Shown piece after piece: positions 60,432-64,000 of a DNA stretch of 64,000 bases. How positions within the stretch are numbered: position 1 is the stretch's first letter; each line of letters starts with the position of its first letter. Source of the stretch: Candidatus Heimdallarchaeota archaeon (GTDB lineage: Archaea; Asgardarchaeota; Heimdallarchaeia; Hodarchaeales; Hodarchaeaceae). A program made the translations under genes and the position numbers. Below the pieces are notes generated by a model, which was not told the origin of the DNA, ran no database searches, and saw only the letters and a list, made by a program, of their open reading frames with translations. Location: contig RDOB01000004.1 of assembly GCA_011364965.1 (NCBI GenBank), positions 461,508 through 525,507 of the forward strand, written 5' to 3'.

Positions 60432-63057
60432 CGAATAAAATTAGTCCTATTGATATTAAAAGACGGTTAAAAGGAATGTATATGGGAAAAGGACCAAGAT
60501 AATGATAAGTTGGATTTATGTATATAAGACAAATAGCGGCCAATATTCCACCGATTGAGCTATAAATGAGAGTTAGTAAAAGAAGGCAAAAACCAGTCAT
60601 TTCGAGAGTAAAATACTGAAAAGTCCTTTTTACCCCTAAGATTTGTTCTAGGGAAAGCTCTTTCTGCCTAGAACTCACCCAATAATAAAAAATCGAAATC
60701 AAACTCGCGATAGCAATTATTGCTATACTTAAAAGAAATGAAAAAACCTCTATTGCTATTATATCCAAAGATAGAAGATCCATTTCATCCTGATAGTATG
60801 CTAAATTATACCCCTGAAATTCTCTTACTGAAGATTCAAACAGTTGTTCATCTAGGAGAACTAAAGATCCATCCATCATATCTTCGACATAAGCAAAGGA
60901 AATTCTATCAAGGAACGCTCTGAGATCATTAATATTCATGACTAAATGTGCATTTGTGTACCATTTCTGGAAAGTACGAATTAATGAAAAATTAATTTGT
61001 TCCAAAGGTTGAGTTTCTGCGGTTACATATGTCAATGATAGAATTGAATCAGGTGATAGATTAACCAATGTTTCCTGATAAAAAACTCCATTAGGAACTG
61101 TTTTAAGAGTATTAATTGAACGATTATCTATCTTTTGGAATTGATAAGCAATGTCGAAGTATGTTTCTGGATCAATTCCAAGTATTCTGAAATATCCTTC
61201 TTTGAAATTTACTCTAACACTAAGAATTGGTGTAGATGCAGATATATGAAAAAAGTCCTTCACTTCTTCTGGTATAATAGGTGAGTCTATAAAACCTTCA
61301 GCTCCTGTTCTGATTAAGGCCCAATTTTCCTCATTTTGCATAATAGAATACTGGTATACAATAAGAGTTTGACTATATAGAAATAAAAAAGTTAGAATTT
61401 GTAGTAACCTAATATAGTGCTTCTTTTGGCGAATTAGTATTAAGAATTGATAGATTATCAACCCGTGTCTATGATAAGTAGCTTTGGGGAGCTGCTTAGA
61501 AATCCAAACAACAATTCGTTCTATTAGCAACATAAAACCTGAAAAAATACAAAAAAACCCAATAAAATTGATTATATAGAATGACTCAAACAAAAAATTT
61601 GTTTGAAAAAGATCTGGGAGTAAGTAATGTATACAATATTCTCCAAGAATGGCGAAAATCCCAATACTTACTAGTATAACGTCAAAATAACCAAGATATT
61701 CGTTTCGAAAAGATAAGAAGTCTTGTTGTATGAGAATTCTCTGCTTAAATGTTATTCTAAGCGATCGGAACAGCCCTATCCCTAAACACAGTGCTAAAGA
61801 AAGAAAAGCCACAGAAATTAAAAGACTAGGCGCAATACGGTAGTCATTGAGTGAAAAACTCAGTTGCGTCGATTCAATAAGGAGTTTGAACACCTCAAGG
61901 CTAATAATCCCTAATGAAAGTCCTAAAATTATTGAAAAAACCGAAGTGAAAATGTAATAAACGCTTTTTTGAAGAAGAACTTTGTTAGGATGAACTCCTC
62001 TAAGAACGAGTAATTTATTTTCTTTTTCTTTTGATTTTTCCTGCAATCCCACTAGAAAATCAGAAAATAGGATCGTTCCAGCAAGTACAGGCAATCCAAA
62101 TATTAAAAAAGTAGAAATAAATGCATTATATCCCTCGGTAGCTCTATTCAATGCATTGAGAATATCTAGACTAAAAAATATTGTATGAGTTACGGCAATC
62201 ATCCCTTTAAAATAGAAATCTGTTTGCTGTAATACGGTTTCTATATATATATTGACATTATTAAAGAATGGTTTCAAATTATTATAATTCAATAATGATT
62301 TATTGATCCATAGATGTCGAAAAATGACATAATTCACACGAGGAGGGTTTTGCAAGGAGTTGTACAAAGTGTGGAAAAAATCGACACTAGTAACAAGTAC
62401 TAGTCCCCCTCCATAGGAAGCATGCATGAAAAGATCCATAGGAAGATAAGATGGGAAACCGATTGTATAGTTTATATCCGTAGAAAAATCGAACTCCAAA
62501 ATACTGCTAATAGATAATTCCTTTTTACCCCATGTTTCCGCGTGGAATGGGATTGAAGCGAACACTTGAGTTCTGTCAGCGATTTGATATTCAGTATGAA
62601 GATAGGTATCTTTTCTGTCTCGAATTAATATTACTTCCGAATCATTTTGTGGTAATCTAGCCTGAAGTTCTGTCTTCAATCGATTCAATGTCTGCTGGTC
62701 TAACCCAATTAAGACACCTGGCCAATAATCTGATGAATTTGACCACGTATACGTACCATTAACAGTTATACCCGTATAAATTCCGCGTAATTCATGAGAC
62801 AAGTAGTTTGTTATCTCATCAGTTGGTAAAGATATGTTGTCTTGAATTAAATTATAATTATATGTTGTATTGGAATAATTTCCGCTTTCAATAGTGATTT
62901 GATACCTAATATCAGGATTCAATTCTTGAATGGATTCTAATTGATGCTGGACAAATTGAGGATAAACCCCCAGTACTAGGACATTCAATTGGAAGAGAAT
63001 AATGGTTATTAATGAGAAACCAATAACTACTCCAGATATTCCCTTTATTATTCGCAT
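60355..63057 (-). CDS. FtsX/MacB-type ABC permease
   Basis: Two TM clusters (KE..LL.LRG; RQKELSL..ILG); upstream of two ATPase genes. Confidence 0.82.
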   Translation of the reverse strand: MRIIKGISGVVIGFSLITIILFQLNVLVLGVYPQFVQHQLESIQELNPDIRYQITIESGNYSNTTYNYNLIQDNISLPTDEITNYLSHELRGIYTGITVNGTYTWSNSSDYWPGVLIGLDQQTLNRLKTELQARLPQNDSEVILIRDRKDTYLHTEYQIADRTQVFASIPFHAETWGKKELSISSILEFDFSTDINYTIGFPSYLPMDLFMHASYGGGLVLVTSVDFFHTLYNSLQNPPRVNYVIFRHLWINKSLLNYNNLKPFFNNVNIYIETVLQQTDFYFKGMIAVTHTIFFSLDILNALNRATEGYNAFISTFLIFGLPVLAGTILFSDFLVGLQEKSKEKENKLLVLRGVHPNKVLLQKSVYYIFTSVFSIILGLSLGIISLEVFKLLIESTQLSFSLNDYRIAPSLLISVAFLSLALCLGIGLFRSLRITFKQRILIQQDFLSFRNEYLGYFDVILVSIGIFAILGEYCIHYLLPDLFQTNFLFESFYIINFIGFFCIFSGFMLLIERIVVWISKQLPKATYHRHGLIIYQFLILIRQKKHYIRLLQILTFLFLYSQTLIVYQYSIMQNEENWALIRTGAEGFIDSPIIPEEVKDFFHISASTPILSVRVNFKEGYFRILGIDPETYFDIAYQFQKIDNRSINTLKTVPNGVFYQETLVNLSPDSILSLTYVTAETQPLEQINFSLIRTFQKWYTNAHLVMNINDLRAFLDRISFAYVEDMMDGSLVLLDEQLFESSVREFQGYNLAYYQDEMDLLSLDIIAIEVFSFLLSIAIIAIASLISIFYYWVSSRQKELSLEQILGVKRTFQYFTLEMTGFCLLLLTLIYSSIGGILAAICLIYINPTYHYLGPFPIYIPFNRLLISIGLILFGALLSIPFKLGIYRNQNLYLEIRKM

Positions 63058-63394
63058 CTTTGTTACCCTATTTACAATTGATTATAGTATATATATGTTG
63101 TACTGATTCCTTCATTTGATAGGAGCATGTCTCAAATGTACCTGTTAAAAAGTCATATTTTCCCTCCCACAGAACATTTTTTTAAACACAAAACAGCTGG
63201 TCCTTTAGCTAATATTTCTTGTGAATTAAGGGATGAAGACTTGAAAGAAATCCATCCAATTTATATTATACAAACTCGGTATGATAAATAATTATCCTTC
63301 TAAGGGACCAGGAGAATAAGTTGAATAAACAAATTATACTCGCTAGGAATGGTGTTAAAAATCAATAATAGCAAAGAATACCATCAATACTGCT

Positions 63395-63517
63395 CAACGA
63401 ACGTACAGACCTCAGATCACGCGCCAATTTGTATGAATATCTATCCTGCTGCTTCTATAACTATCTAACTAGGGACCATCTCAATTTCCACACGGTTAGC
63501 CCTCCTGCGGTTAGGAA
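63395..63517 (-). repeat. 23S-3'-end/trailer repeat copy (near consensus)
   Basis: caacgaacgtacagacctcagatcacgcgccaatttgtatg...catctcaatttccacacggttagccctcctgcggttaggaa. Confidence 0.94.
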
Positions 63518-63578
63518 GAGAAAGACAATCCTTTTAAAAAAATTCGATAAAATCTAAAATGTTAGGATTGAACCTATT

Positions 63579-64000
63579 ATGATTGTTCTTGATCAATGGC
63601 TCATGTCTCCCTTTCATATTGGGGGAACTCTTCTCCTCTTAATGATTCTTGATTTGGGGTTAACAAGAGTTGGTTTTCGCATGAAACAACAAGAATTTGT
63701 GAAGCATTATGTCTCTGAGATCTATGAAATGAATCCCTTAATGCAGGATATGATCCATCAGACACAACCCATGAGTCTTAAGCAAATCATCGGTCGTATT
63801 GGATTAGTAATCTTGGTAATATATGTTGCAGTGGAATACACTGGTACGTGGTTCCTTGAGTTCGTAACAGGGAATTTTGTGTTAGGCTACATAAACATAG
63901 AGCTCAGGGCACTGGAAAATATCTTCATCTTCCGTGGTCTCAATAATCATCCCGAATATGTAGAGGGACAAATAAAACTCGATATCCGATATCAATATCT
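63579..64000 (+). CDS. Membrane protein, runs off the window end
   Basis: Manual translation MIVLDQWLMSPFHIGGTLLLLMILDLGLT...YEMNPLM... Confidence 0.6.
   Translation, partial: MIVLDQWLMSPFHIGGTLLLLMILDLGLTRVGFRMKQQEFVKHYVSEIYEMNPLMQDMIHQTQPMSLKQIIGRIGLVILVIYVAVEYTGTWFLEFVTGNFVLGYINIELRALENIFIFRGLNNHPEYVEGQIKLDIRYQY

Noticed and set aside
2311-63517. Repeat as a classical integron attC site (several copies start RYYYAAC and end GTTAGG)
   Set aside because: I see no L''/L' complementarity or long palindrome, cargo genes face both ways, and the GTTAGG end is explained by 23S sequence. An IntegronFinder run would settle it.
2311-63517. Repeat as a CRISPR array
   Set aside because: Units are over 100 bp and degenerate, separated by kb-scale genes; no cas genes are present.
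1-64000. Cognate integrase, recombinase or reverse transcriptase for the array
   Set aside because: No ORF shows tyrosine/serine recombinase or RT motifs. Any such enzyme must lie outside the window, or host recombination is used.

Overview
AT-rich archaeal DNA, most likely from an Asgard archaeon. This is an inference from the many Ras/Rab-like small GTPase domains, an archaeal-type 23S rRNA fragment with an expanded H98/ES39, and PAN- and SUI1-like fragments. The window is an accessory region. It holds ABC/FtsX transporters, an MFS transporter with a GH38 mannosidase, AbiE and Doc toxin-antitoxin pairs, a TnpB element, a TPR protein, an S8 protease, many orphan membrane proteins, about 8 P-loop-defective small GTPase genes and many gene remnants. 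The main unexplained structure is a ~110-155 bp repeat. I found about 19 copies by eye, all in the same orientation, in most cases spaced about 1-6 kb apart and separating blocks of 1-3 genes. On the minus strand the repeat reads as the last ~25-30 nt of 23S rRNA plus ~110 nt of downstream trailer. One copy (53402-53530) continues without a break into ~300 nt of 23S domain VI, including the sarcin-ricin loop. This suggests an integron-like gene-cassette array built by repeated insertion at the 23S rRNA 3' end. No integrase or reverse transcriptase is visible in the window, so the mechanism is an inference.
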